Origin: the human T2T-CHM13v2.0 reference genome, Homo sapiens
Assembly: GCF_009914755.1 (NCBI RefSeq)
Contig: NC_060941.1
Strand: one strand, 5' to 3'
Length of the DNA stretch: 64,000 bases
A model generated the notes under the pieces. It was not told the DNA's origin and searched no databases. It saw nothing but the letters and a program-made list of their open reading frames with translations. This document shows, piece after piece, positions 25,310 to 40,787 of this stretch. How positions within the stretch are numbered: the first letter of the stretch is position 1; every line of letters begins with the position of its first letter. Position numbers and translations under genes: made by a program.

Positions 25310-27734
25310 GATTTATTATCAGGGTAGATGTGGTGCTTAGTTTTGGCATTTTTATTTTGAATTATTTGTACACGTAAGACTCAGTCTTTAAAAAAATTGC
25401 TTGATAAATTTTCTCAACTTTAAAAGAATTTCACCTTCTTTCAGGAAAATTGCCACACTTACCTTAGGACATGTCAGACAGACACTATGCTTCCTGGCTG
25501 GGGTAGAAAGAACTATGTCTTCCTCACCTAGAGTTAGATTCTTAATAAATAGGTGTAACTTTACAGTTTTGGGGAAGAAAAAAGAAAATTGTAATGTTGG
25601 TCCTTAGACCAAATTTATTATCAAATTCCCATGAATAAAGGGATACACAGAATCCCAGAGCAGCCTCAAGGCTAATTCTGGTAAAATACCTGGGGATGTC
25701 TGGGCATTGACTTACCTAGCCTAGCAGTGATTTCTCACAGGACAAGTTACAAGAGTTATCAAGAACAGTTAGAGAAACCAAAAGTCTATAGCAACTCAAT
25801 GAAAATGGCCAAATAAATGCTCCTCAGGCTTGGCAGAATGCCATTCTTGTTCCTTACACTGATGAGGGTCTGCAGAGATCAGGGAGCTAAGATGACTACT
25901 AACAGTTTGAGTATTTTCTTTTATTTGATCATTTCAGTATAAAACAAAGGCAGAGGCAAAAAATTCCAGCAGTAACAACAGAACTATCACTCATGTCTTT
26001 CAATATAATTGTGACATTTGTCTGACAATCATTGCCATTTTGAGAGCCCAGATGCACTTATAACCTTCCTGTTAAGATGTTTACACAAATTGTATGATTA
26101 ATTTCTACTTAACAGTATTTGTAACTCTCTGCAAATCAACCTGATTATTTCAGAATGTCTAAATGCCAGATTTCTAGATTGTTAACATTGATATTCCCAT
26201 TAACTGTTCCTTTCTCTTGTGTCAAGTTAAGGTTGGGAAGCAAATGCTGATAAGTTCATAAAAATTAGGGTATTTTTTTCTCCAGGTCTTGGCTATAACA
26301 TTATTGATGAAATGCTTGCACATTTTATAACCTACCTGTCAAAGTCAAATTTAATTCATATGAAGTATTTTTTATTCTATGACTTTCCATAGCCTGCAAA
26401 GAATATGGCAGTGATCTGTCTTAGAATCTGCATGACCTAAACAAAGGGATCTGTTTAAATTGCTTTTTTTGGGTTCCACCCAGCCCTAGCATTCTATCAT
26501 CAACTACGCACAATCATGAGAATTTCCCATAAAAATTCCACAAAGCAGTGAAAAAATGGTTTTACATACATTATACCATTTTTATCAAGGCTATTTTCTC
26601 TTTTTTTCAGTACGCATGCCTGTATGTCATTCAAACTTTCTTTTGCAGTAGGTAAAGATGAAAATATTCCCTGAAAAGCTGCCACAGTATGCAAGAAACA
26701 GTCTGCATCTCACCTTTGGACCTAGTTGATAGAGGTTTCTTCAAAAGGCATATGACAGGTGCCAGAGTAGGGGAGACTGACAGGACATTTACTAGGAGGT
26801 AGTGGAGGTAGATTTAATAATGTATTATAACCTTAAAGATCTTTCAATAACTGCAATTTTTTCTTAAATAAGAGACGCATCTAAGAACATCTTTAATGTC
26901 CGGTACATTTGTACAAAGCTTTTATTTATAATGAAATACAACATCAACATAACAGGTTCTGATAATTTGAGTTCCTATCCAAATGTTTTACAATAGTCTA
27001 GAGCCTTAGATTAGCCATCAGTGCAGCAGTGTATAACCTTTTTGCTTCTAAATAAGCATATTTAAGAATGAGACAGAAGTAATTCATATTATTAAGGCTA
27101 CATTACATGAAAAGAATAAGACATTCACAGTTTGAGCCTTAAGCTTATTATATAAAACGCAAACTGATTGCAGATCAAGTAAATTATACTCAATTTTTCT
27201 CAATACTCTGCTAGAATCTACTTTGTAAAATTCCAAGAGAAAGAGTATTTTATTATTACCCCTTCACCCCCAACATATATTTAAGCTATATTTGATTGTA
27301 TATAATACATACACTTTACTAAATTTATGGTATACAAATGATTTATATATGCATATTATGAAATGCAAATATTTGTATATAAGAATGCTAGCTAGCATAT
27401 AAAACAGTGAAATGCCAATTAAAATATCCACAGCACAGCAAAATAAATGGAAATATATTCATTATATACCACATTATACTTCTAAAACTAAGACTATTAC
27501 TCCTGAGAGAAATTTTACCTTATATAACACTCCCAAAGTATATTAATAAATAAAACTTCTCTTGCATCTATCAAATTTTACAGAAAAGATTCCAGGTTTG
27601 GTGAACCGTTTTCTCTATTAACCCAGCAATCAAGTCATAGTAACTTACTTATTCTAATAAATAAATACCACCACACATTAGTAATAGAAAACTACTTTGT
27701 GCATCATTTTTTTAGTTGCGAGTGGTTATATTTT

Positions 27735-28189
27735 GCCTTAAATCAGATTCCTTAAAAGCAGACACAGACATGAGGACTCATATGCAAGTGCTTACTGTAG
27801 AAACACTTCCATGACAAACCACAAAGTAAAAAGATAAAGCACTGCAAGAAGAGCAAAAAAGCCAAATCAGCGTCAGGTTTCGAACTCCCAGTCTCAGTCT
27901 CTTCCCAGGGAGCAGTTTGGAGTGTAAATTGTCCCACAGACTAGTCCTACTGGAAGCAATTTAGCTAAGCTTTCATACTTTTGTGCCTGTGAACTAAGAT
28001 AAAGTAAATTTCCAAGCCCTTTTTGGAAAAAAAAAAAAAAGTTCCAGTAATCAAAGGACAGTATCATAAAGAAGGGTTGTATTATAGGCCTTTAGAAGCA
28101 AATTTACATTGAAGCTGAAGGCAAGGCTCAAAGAAATAGCAAGAAAGATCCAAGAGCAACTGAGCAGAGGACCAACATTACCCACTACA
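27735..28189 (-). mobile_element. LTR16-like ERVL LTR
   Basis: 'gattccttaaaagcagacacagacatgaggactcatatgcaagtg...gagcagaggaccaacattacccactaca'. Confidence 0.55.
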
Positions 28190-28389
28190 CATTTGCTGAG
28201 GATGACCCTATTTTTTATCAAAGACAAACTCTTCCCACCCTAGTCATACATATTTACATCTTATATAATTATCCCCCAAATTTCTAGGAACACATATAAA
28301 TTAAACATTCCAATAAAGTAATTCTCATCTATTAAATTGAATAATTGAACTCGATTTTCTCTAAGATCCCCTTAAAAGCGTTGTCTGGA

Positions 28390-28700
28390 CCAGCCATACT
28401 CTCAGTGTGTGGCCTATGAACCAGTTCCAGTTGTTGAACTGCGAGCACCATTCTATGAAGAGAACGACAATTGAGAGTAAGCATTTAAAATAATTATAAC
28501 TATTTGTTGGATAATTTTATATTTCAGTTGAATCAAGTAAAAATGTGGCTTGTATTTTCTATATATTTGTTTTTTCTTTCATTTGTTTCATAGTAATTCA
28601 TTTTTTATTGTATTTTACAGAAACATTGTTCTGCAACAGATCAGAAAATTAAAAAGCTTGTCCTCAAGCTTTCTTTGTAGTGCAATTTGAGTAGCATTCT
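28390..28700. mobile_element. Old hAT-Charlie-type MITE
   Basis: 'aattgagagtaagcattta...tagtaattcattttttattgtattttacag...tttgagtagca'. Confidence 0.5.
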
Positions 28701-29010
28701 TTTATACTATCCAACTTCAATTTGTCTCCTCTTACTCTCTATTAAGCCTTTTTCTAGTGTGCTTTTTGTATTAGCTTCCTAGGGCTGCTATAACAAAGTA
28801 TTAAAATGCTGAGTAGCTTAAAACAACAGAAATGCATTCTTTCACAGTTCTTGAGCCTGGAGGTCTGAAATTAAAGCATTACTGGGGCCATGCTTCGTTT
28901 GAAGGCTACAGGAGAGAATCCTTCCTTCCTTTTTCCAGGTTTTTGGTGACCCCAGCTTTTACTGGACTTTTAGCATCATAACTCCAATCTCTGCCTTCAT
29001 CATTACATGG

Positions 29011-31612
<2,602 letters not shown>

Positions 31613-31809
31613 CATGGCTTTATTTTTTGTGTATGTCTGTGTTCTCTTCTCTTCCTATAATGACACTGTCTTAGAACTTAAAGCTCACTCTAATCCAGTA
31701 TAATTTTATCTTGATTCTTGACTGATCATATTTTCAAAGACCCATTTCTAAATGAAGTAGACATGAATATGGAGGTGGATACTCTCCAACCCTCTAGACT
31801 TCCCCAGCT

Positions 31810-32680
31810 CTCCTAGTTGTACTTGTTTGCATTTGCATAGTAACTTTCACATTGCTAAATTTAATGGTCAATTTTAAGTCCTCACCTAATTTAATTCATA
31901 TAGATCATGGTTTCCCAAGACAGTTCTGTTTTAAAACTGTTGTCTAAGATGGGGATTGTTTTAACTTTAAAAAGTGTTTGGATAACAAGTTATATAGTCT
32001 GCTAACTTTAATTAGGACCTGACATAGCTTATAACTCCCTTCTCCATATATTATCCGACTTCACTGATTTATCCTTTTCATTCTCTTTTATTGATTTCCC
32101 TTTTCTCCTTAGCCTCTTGAAGTTGGGTTGCCTCAGTGTTCAGTTCTTGGATATTTCTCTTCCTATGTATACACTACTTTTTGGTGACTTCATGAACCCA
32201 ATATTTCAAATATTTCTCTAGGCCCACAACTCCCAAATTTGTGCATTCTGATGATTGTCCCTTGAACTCCAGATTTGCAAACACAACTGATTACTCAAAG
32301 TCTCTACTTGATGACTAACAAAAAAATAAAATTATGTTAAAAATGCAAAGTATGAGTTCTGCTCAACCTGTGGCTTCTTTTATTTCAGTAGTGCAGTGAT
32401 GAGCACTTTATGTATAAAATAGGGTGGTCAGGATAGAATTTATTGGTACTACATTTGAGCAAAGATTTGAAGAATGTGAGGGACTTCATTATACTTACAG
32501 CAAAAAAAGTGTTTCAAACAATACCACAACTATGGCAAAGGCCTGAAGGAGAAGCGTATTTGTTGTGTGCTTGGAGCAGCAATATTGCTGGAAAAAAAAA
32601 GGGGAAAAGAAGAAAAGGGGGAAAAATTATGTACAATCTTTTAAATTGTGGTAAGGATTTTGGCTTTTGCTCATGGCCAT
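31810..32680. mobile_element. L2 fragments (sense ~31810-32390, antisense ~32420-32680)
   Basis: 'cacattgctaaatttaatggtcaatttt', 'cccttgaactccagattt', 'catttgagcaaagatttgaag'. Confidence 0.6.
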
Positions 32681-32719
32681 TGTAACATTTTTTAACTTTT
32701 TCTGGGAAAGGGGTATTTG

Positions 32720-33400
32720 TTTTTATTAATGTATAACACAAACAGAAAATTGCACAAGTTATAATCATAGAAATTAATCAATATTCCTATACTAAATATT
32801 CCTGTGTAACTCATACCCATATAGAAACAGAATATTATCAACATCCCATAAGCTCCACTCAGGTTTGATTCCAGTCATTACCTGTATACCATGCCCCCAG
32901 GAGTAAAAACTATCCTGCTTTCTAACGTCATAGATGAATTGATGAATAAAGATAAATGTAATAAATGGTAGATTAAATGTTGATAAATTAGATCATACAA
33001 TGGGTACTTGTATTGGTTCATTTTCACGCCACTAATAAAGACATACACGAAACTAGGTGATTTATAAAGAAAAACAAGTTTAATGAACTCACAGTTCCAC
33101 ATGACTGGGGAAGCCTCACAATTATGGTGGAAGACAAAGAGGAGCAAAGGCATGTCCTACATGGCAGCAGGCAAGACAGAATGAGAGCCAAGCGAAGAGG
33201 GAAACCCCTTATCTCTTGAGAAGGACCTGTTGAGTACTCACTCTCCTATTACGAGAACAGTATGGTGGAAACAGCCCCTTGATTCAATTATTTCCACCTG
33301 GCCTGCCCTTAACACATGGAAATTATTACAATTCAAGGTGAGATTTGGGTGGGGACACAAAGACAGTATCAGTACTCTTTTGGTTCTGACTGACTCATTT
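32720..33400 (-). mobile_element. L1ME-type 3' UTR fragment interrupted by THE1
   Basis: 'gaaaattgcacaag...gaaacagaatattatcaacatccca...aactatcctgctttctaac'. Confidence 0.6.
33009..33371 (-). mobile_element. THE1 solo LTR
   Basis: 'tgtattggttcattttcacgcc...gagatttgggtggggacaca...tatca'; TSD GTACT at 33004-33008 and 33372-33376. Confidence 0.92.
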
Positions 33401-33449
33401 CATCCAGACTTCATGGGAATCAAGGATTCTCAGGAAGATAATAGAGCTA

Positions 33450-33878
33450 GGAACTGAACAAGGAAAATTCTGGTGGTGATGGAAATATTCTATGCCCCAA
33501 TTGTGATGGTGGAAATGCTATAATATACATCTGTCAAAACTCTTAGAGCTGTACACATAAGAAGAATGAATTTTACCACATATAAGTTATACCTCAACAG
33601 GCTTGTTTTTTAAAACAACCAAATGCTGCATGTTCTAACTTCTTAGTGGGAGCTAAATGGTAAGAACTTGTCAACACAAAGAAGGAAACAATAGGCACTG
33701 GGGTCTACTTGAGTTGGGAGGGTGGGAAGAGGGAGAGGAGCAGAAAAGATAACTATTGGGTACTGGACTTGATACCCGGGTGATGAAATAATATGCACAA
33801 CAAACCCCTGTGACATGTGTTTACCTATGTAACAAACTTTTTCATGTACTCCCCAGCCTAAAATAAAAGTTAAAAAAA
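33450..33878 (+). mobile_element. L1M 3' end (33450-33612) followed by an L1PA16/PB-type 3' end (33612-33878)
   Basis: 'ggtgatggaaatattcta...gttatacctcaa'; 'gcatgttctaacttcttagtgggagctaaa...tttacctatgtaacaaac...taaaataaaagttaaaaaaa'. Confidence 0.85.
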
Positions 33879-33884
33879 TGTTGA

Positions 33885-34196
33885 GGCTGGACACGTTGGC
33901 TCACGCCTGTAATCCCAGTACTTTGGGAGGCCGAGGCGGGCGGATCACGAGGTCGGGAGATTGAGGCCATCCTGGCTAACATGGTGAAACCCCGCCTCTA
34001 CTAAAAAAAAATAAAAATAAAAAATACAAAACATTAGCCAGGCGTGATGGCAGGTGCCTGTGGTCCCAGCTACTCAGGAGGCTGAGGCAGGAGAATGGCT
34101 TGAACCTGGGAGGCAGAGCTGCTTGTTAGCTGAGATCGTGCCACAGCACTCCAGCCTGGGTGACAGAGCGAGACTGTGTCTCAAAAAAAAAAAAAA
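33885..34196 (+). mobile_element. AluY/Sc8-like
   Basis: 'ccatcctggctaac', 'gaatggc'; TSD AAAAAAATGTTGA. Confidence 0.93.
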
Positions 34197-34299
34197 TGTT
34201 GAGACAAAAAACGTTTAAAAATAGAAAATGAAAAGTAAATTGCACATTAGACTTGACAGTTTTTAATTAAAAAAAAAAATCTTAAAAAAATCCAGCAGC

Positions 34300-34611
34300 T
34301 GCTAAATATGGGAAGAAAAAGAAATTTATGGGGAAAGCATTTGTTTGTTTTGGGACCTTTGGGTTTGGGGGTGCTGGAGAAATATCTCTGTGGACACATT
34401 TATCCAGTACTAGAAACTTTAAGTCTGGAAGTTTAGAAGAGAGGTAGGGAAGAGAAAACACAGAGGCAATACTTGAAGGATTTCAAGTGTATAATAGAAT
34501 GGAAAATGTGATAAAATGTGGTGTGAAGAATTCTATTTGATATACAATTGTTGTACTATGTGTTTTAACTTTGTTAAATCAAAGTCGACTGTGCTACAAA
34601 AAAAAAAAAAA
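34300..34611 (+). pseudogene. L1-mediated polyadenylated retro-insertion of an unknown transcript 3' end (orphan transduction or truncated retrocopy)
   Basis: A14 tail at 34598-34611; identical 16-bp TSD AAAAAAATCCAGCAGC at 34284-34299 and 34605-34620; TT/AAAA site. Confidence 0.8.
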
Positions 34612-35534
34612 TCCAGCAGCAGGAGTTCTTTGATTTTTGTTCTTCTGTTTTACTATTAATGTGCCTCAAGGATTTCCTTTTTGTCGACTATTTTCTGTGT
34701 CTTGAAGATAACTTTCAGGTTAACTTTTGACACTTCAGACTCCTGACTGGTTCCGTAAATAACTGTTTTTTCCTATTTTTTTAGATGATTTTGCTTCACA
34801 GTAGTGTGTAGATATGTTTTCTGCCCCAATCAGCTGCAATTAAATTGGGTTAAAAATACATAACATAAATGTCCAGCACTGCTTCTTAATGAAGGGCTAT
34901 GAAGAAGATCATTTTACTTGGAAACCACTATGGTTGTGGCAGGAACTAGAATTATCATGTTCTGTACATTAATGGATTTTCAAGTTGCACTATTTCCTTT
35001 AATAAAATAGATTAAGCTGCTGATTTAGGTAATTTGTTGTCATATTGTAAAACCATAAGGCTTTTTCTATTAGCATTCTTCTTCGCAATTTGCAATTCCC
35101 TTCCATTGATTTTTAAGTACAGAAGTTTGATTGACAAAGCTCTTGGGTTTCTTGTAAAATGATAGAATGATAGTTAAGATCCTGAAAGTTTGAGCCTATG
35201 TGACTGAAGTATTACAGAATAACAAAACCCAGTTCAGTTACAGACATGATCTATTAATAGATAAATATAAATTTAATTCAAATTCATTAAAGAAGTGCCA
35301 TACCTACAATTACCCAAAAATCAGAGGTAGCTATCACTTGTGACTCTGATGAATTTTGATTAATGTAGAATGTAGAAAAAATATATTTTGAGACTTTACT
35401 TTTCACTTTGATTTGGGAAGAAGATTCACTTTTGTTTGTAAGCCACAATAGCAATGGGTTAATAAGCAAAAAAAACAAAAATTACCAACTGCTATTTTGT
35501 CTGCAAGGCAAAACAAATAAGTTTAAATTACGTT

Positions 35535-36140
35535 TTTCATCTACTCAACAAACATGATTTAAATTTATGCTTGGCACAAGATGCTGTGCTGGTAATAGCA
35601 GGCACAGTTTCTGCTCTCCCATAGGATACATTAGTGGGAGTGACTGATAAGTAAGTCACTATACAAATTGAAATCCGATATGCTGTAGGAGTATAGAAGA
35701 TGGAGCAATCAATTCTGACTTAGTGGATAAAGGAAGACTTTTGAATTCGGTCTTGAAAGATAAGGGGATCTGAAATGGATGAAATAGAGGAACAGCATTT
35801 CTGATGATGGTAAAAGTTTAGGCAAAGAAATTATTAAGCGTTTTCAGGGAAAGGTAAATCATCTATCGTGGCTCATATGAATTAAGAAGAGATGTAGAAA
35901 GAAATTTGTATCTATGAAGAATTTAGGCTGTACAATGAAAGGCATTAAGCCTCCATATTGTTAGTTACCCTTCAGCTTGTGATCACCTATTCAATGTCTG
36001 CCTTCTCCATTAGATTCTATCTCAATGAGGGAAGTGTCAGTTTTTAACTTTTAAAACACCTTATCACCAGAGTCTAGCGCAGAACCTTGCACATATTAGA
36101 CAATTATATTTTATAAATATAATGTAAATATTAAGTGAAT
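35535..36140. mobile_element. L2 fragments (antisense ~35535-35960, sense 3' end ~35975-36140)
   Basis: 'ttcatctactcaacaaacat...', 'gtctgccttctccattagattct...atcaccagagtctagcgcagaaccttgcacata'. Confidence 0.6.
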
Positions 36141-36224
36141 GAGATAATGTCATGCTAAAATCTTGTACTTACTGTACACTGCACATAAAATATACAAAAA
36201 TACAGAAAGAAAGACTTTCTTAAT

Positions 36225-36568
36225 ATTTTTTGTAGTTTTTATGTATTTAGGGGGTATGAGTGCATATTTCTTACATGCACACATTGCACAGGTATGAAGT
36301 TTGGGCTTCATCACCTGAACAGTGAACATTGTACCCAATAGGTAATTTTCCAACCCTCACTACCCTCCCACCTTTTGTAGTCACTAATGTCTACTATTTC
36401 ACTCTGTATGTCCATGTGTACCCACTGTTTAGCTCCCTCTTATAATGAGAAACGTGCTATATTTTACTTTCTATTTCTAATTTATTTCACTTAATGGCCT
36501 CCAGTTCCATCCTTATTGCTGCAAAATACGTAATTTAAATCATTTTTATAGCCGAGTAATATTCCAAG

Positions 36569-36603
<35 letters not shown>

Positions 36604-38365
36604 TGTGTATCCTGTTTTTTTAATCAGTGCCCCATGATGGACACGTAAGTTGATTCCGTGTCTTTATTATTATGACTAGTGCAGCAATAAACATATGAGT
36701 GCTGGTATCTTTTTGATAAAAATTATTTATTTCCCTTTGGGTAGAAGTAGTAGGATTGTCAGATTGCATGGTATTCTATTTTTAGTTCTTTAAGAAACCT
36801 CTGTATTTTTTTGCATGGTGGTTGTACTAATTTACATTCCCACTAACAGGATTGGGAAACCATCTGTAAAGGGAACAGCATTCCCTTTTCTCTGCATCCT
36901 TGCCAAAATCTGTTGTTTTTTGAATTTTTAATAATAGTCTGACTGCTATAAGGTGGTATCTCTTTGTGGTTTCCATTCACACTTCTCTGATGACATTTAG
37001 CATTTTGTTTATATGTTTGTTGGCTGCTTGCATATCTTCTTTTGAAAAATGTCTATGTCCTTTGCCCACTTTTTAATGGGTTTCTTTGTTTTTCCTCCTG
37101 TTGAGTTGAGTTTCTTGTAGATTCTGGATATTAGCCCTTTGTCAGATGTATAGTTTGTAAATATTTTCTCCCAGGGTATAGGTTGTCTGTTCCCTCTTTT
37201 GATTATTCCTTTGGCTGTGCAGAAGCTGTTTAGTTTAAGTCCATCTGTGTTTTTTCATTTTTGTTTCTGTTGCATTAGCTTTTTTTTTCTTTTTTTAAAA
37301 TTATTATTATACTTTAAGTTCTAGGGTACATGTGCACAATGTGCAGGTTTGTTACATATGTATACATGCGCCATGTTGGTGTGCTGCACCCATTAATTAA
37401 GGACTTGGTTGTAAATTCTCTACCTAGATGTCCAGAATAATTATTCCTAGGTTTTCTCATAGAATGTTTATAGGTTCATATCTTACATATAGGTCTTTAT
37501 TCCTTGAGTTAATTTTTGTATATGGTGAGATGTATGGGTCTAGTTTCATTCTTCTACATATGACTCTCAAATATTCCCAGCACCATGTATTGAAAATGGT
37601 GTCTTCTCTGGTGTATATTTTTGTTGACTTTGTCAAAGATAAGTTGGTTTTTGGTATGTGGATTTGTTTCTGGGTTCTCCATTCTATTCCATTAATCTAC
37701 GTTCCTATTTTTGTACCAGTACAATGCTGTTTGGTGACTATAGCCATGTAGTAGTATTTGAAGTCAGGTAACGTGATGCCTACTGCTTTGTTCGTTTTGC
37801 TAGGATTGCTTTGGCTATTCAAACTATTTTTGTCTCCATAAGGTTTTTAAGTATTTTTTTTCAATTCTGAAATTTTAAGATTGTCCTCCACTATGCTTGA
37901 TCCTTTTATCATTATATAATGACATTTTTCTGTCTTTTTTACTTTATTTGATTTCAATACTATTTTATCTGATGTAAGTATAGCTACTGCTGCCCATTTT
38001 TGGTTTCCATTTGCATGGAATATTTTTTCCACCTCTTGATTTACAGTCTATATGTGTCTACAGGAAAGGTGAATTTATTGTAGGTAGTATAGAGTTGGAT
38101 TATGTCTTTCTATCCATTCTTCAGTCTTTTAGGTGGAACATTTAATCTATTTACATTGAGTGTTAATATTGATGTGTGAAGTTTTGTTACTGTCACGTCA
38201 TTGCTTTCAAGTTGTTTTAGATATTGTTTGTTCCTTTCTCTGTTTTCTTTGTGGTTTGATAAAATTCTGTTGTGTTGACATTTGATTCCTTTCTCTTCCT
38301 CATTTGTGTGATTGATTTATAAGAATTGTTAGGATTCTATTTGTGAGTGTTTTAGTCATAGCAAA
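36225..38365 (-). mobile_element. L1PB/MA-type LINE-1: 3' UTR plus ORF2 end joined to the ORF2 endonuclease region; (TG)n at 36569-36609
   Basis: Antisense L1 3' end; ORF 37847-38032 'KIFHANGNQKWAAVAILTSDK...HYIMIKGS' is the L1 EN domain. Confidence 0.9.
37280..37396 (-). mobile_element. Short younger L1PA 3' end nested in the older L1
   Basis: 'ttattatactttaagttctagggtacatgtgcacaatgtgcaggtttgttacatatgtatacatgcgccatgttggtgtgctgcacccattaa'. Confidence 0.92.
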
Positions 38366-38383
38366 TATTGACCTTCCTTTCTA

Positions 38384-38838
38384 TTTTTTTTTAATCTGGG
38401 TACATAAGAGGTGCATATATTTATGGGGTACATAAGAGATTTTGAAACAGGCATACAATGCATAATAATCACATCAGAGTAAATGGGGTATACATCAACC
38501 CAAATATTTATCCTTTGCTTTACACACAATTCAATTAGACTCTTGGTTATTTTAATATGTACAATAAATTAATAGTGATTATAGTAATCCTGTTGTGGTG
38601 TCAAATACCAGGTCTTATTTATTCTTTCTAACTATTTTTTGGTATCCATTAATCATCTCCACTTCTACCCACCTGCCCACTAACCTTCCAAGCCTCTGGT
38701 AACCATCCTATTCTCTATTTCCATGGCTTAAATTGTTTTAATTTTTAGTGCCCACAAATAAGAAAAAACATGTAAAGTTTGTTTTTCTGTGCCTGGCATA
38801 TTTCACTTAACATAATGACCACCAGTTTCATCCATGTT
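38384..38838 (-). mobile_element. L1MA2/3-type 3' end
   Basis: 'gcatatatttatggggtacat...gcataataatcacatcag...tttcacttaacataatgacc'. Confidence 0.88.
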
Positions 38839-38869
38839 GGTCATCCATGACTGTTGCAGAAGTTTTGAG

Positions 38870-39144
38870 AAGTGATGTGATTCATGGGAACAAGATTTTC
38901 TTATGCTGTTCTCATGATAGTAAATAAATCTCATGAGATCTGATGATTTTAAAAGGGAGAGTTTTCCTGCACAAGCTCTCTCTCTTTGCCAGCCACCATC
39001 CATGTAAGATGTGACTTGCTCTTCCTTGCCTTCTGTTAGATTGTGAGGCCACCCCAGCCATGTGGAAGTGTAAGTCCATTAAACCTGTTTTTCTTCCTAG
39101 GCTTGGGTATGTCCTTATCAGCAGCATGAAAATGGACTAATACA
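38870..39144 (+). mobile_element. THE1A/B LTR lacking its 5' end
   Basis: 'gctgttctcatgatagt...tctcatgagatctgatg...cagcagcatgaaaatggactaataca'. Confidence 0.88.
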
Positions 39145-39147
39145 AAT

Positions 39148-39600
39148 ATGCTGAGTTAAGTCCTGGACAAGGTAAGCTTGAGACACCTATTCGATTTCCA
39201 AATACATATGTCATATGTCAAGTGAGAAGCTGGGTATATAGGTGTAAAGTTCAAGGCAGTAATCCAGTCTGGATATATAAATATGTCATGTATAAAATTT
39301 AAAGCCATGGCATAGAATTGTATACAAAGAAATAACCACAGATAACAAGTATACATGTAGAAAAGAAAAGAGGTTCAATATTAAAAGTCAGGGACATGAG
39401 GGACAATCAGCATAAAAGTCAGAGGATTTACCAGAAATACTGTTAAAAGCCAGGCAAGTGGTTGCTCTGGATGCACCAAGGAAAGGATATATCAAGGCAG
39501 AAAGAAGAATAATCTATATCGAGTATAATGATAGCTCAGTAGAGATGATGATATGGGAGAAGAGCAGAAGGATCAGCCTAATAACATTAGATATTGAAAG
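39148..39600 (-). mobile_element. L2 fragment
   Basis: 'agcttgagacacctattcgatttccaaat...gtcaagtgagaagctgggtatataggtgtaaagttcaagg'. Confidence 0.6.
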
Positions 39601-39804
39601 TTTGTTTCCAGGACATAGGGAAGAACAACAAAAGGAACAGGGAACCTCATCTATTCAACAGTGCTCCTTAGGATTGGTTGAGGAAACCCAAAACATTATC
39701 TCTGGCTCTTCCACTTTTATTTCCAACTAATCCCCTTAAAATGTTAATTTCTAATGAACATTGGCTTTTAAATCTCTTCCCTTTGCCTCATTGCCCTCTG
39801 TCAC

Positions 39805-40005
39805 ATGGCCCTTTCAGCCATGGCTGGAGTGGCTGGGATGCAGGGCACCAAATTCCTAGGCTGCACAGAGCACAGGGACCCTGGATCCAGTCCAGGAAAC
39901 CACTTTTTCCTCCTAGGCCTCCAAGCCTGTTTTGGGAGAGGCTACCCTGAAGACCTCTGACATGCCCTGGAGACATTTTCCCCATTGTCTTGGGGATTAA
40001 CATTC
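39805..40005 (-). mobile_element. Isolated THE1-internal fragment (~200 bp)
   Basis: Reverse-complement homolog of THE1-int around 30240-30430 ('ctctgacatgccctggagacattttcccc'). Confidence 0.85.
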
Positions 40006-40094
40006 ATCTTTATCTACTAAATACACAGTCTTATAAATGATATAGTTTCTCTATGGGCAAGTCAGGGACAACTAATCTATTTAGCAAAATAGTA

Positions 40095-40320
40095 ACCATG
40101 CTTAGGACCCATGATCCTCTTAGGGCATCATGAAAATATTTTCATTTCCTTTGAAATTAGAATTTATAAAATGATTAAGTCTGAGAAAGCATTTCCACAT
40201 ATACTGCTGATTTATTTTAAGTCAATGTAGTTGTAAAATATTTTTATACTTTTTTAAATAGTGGAATGCACCTTGAAGAAAAATGTGCCTGTGGCCAATT
40301 ATTTCATAATTTGCCCCTGG
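40095..40320. mobile_element. hAT-Tip100-type (Zaphod/MER115-like) fragment
   Basis: 'cttaggacccatgat...catgaaaatattttcatttcctttgaaattagaa...aatgtagttgtaaaatattttt...cataatttgccctg'. Confidence 0.4.
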
Positions 40321-40479
40321 GGCCATACGTATATTGCCCCATAGTGAAGCAATGTTGAAATGGAGGTTTATTCAAGACATTTCCCTCCTTCAAATCCTTC
40401 CAAGGAAAAATGTCTCATATTTAGTTAGAACTAACTCTTTAGCTTTCAAATGGCCTTTCTAAATCTTTCCTCTAACTAG

Positions 40480-40787
<308 letters not shown>

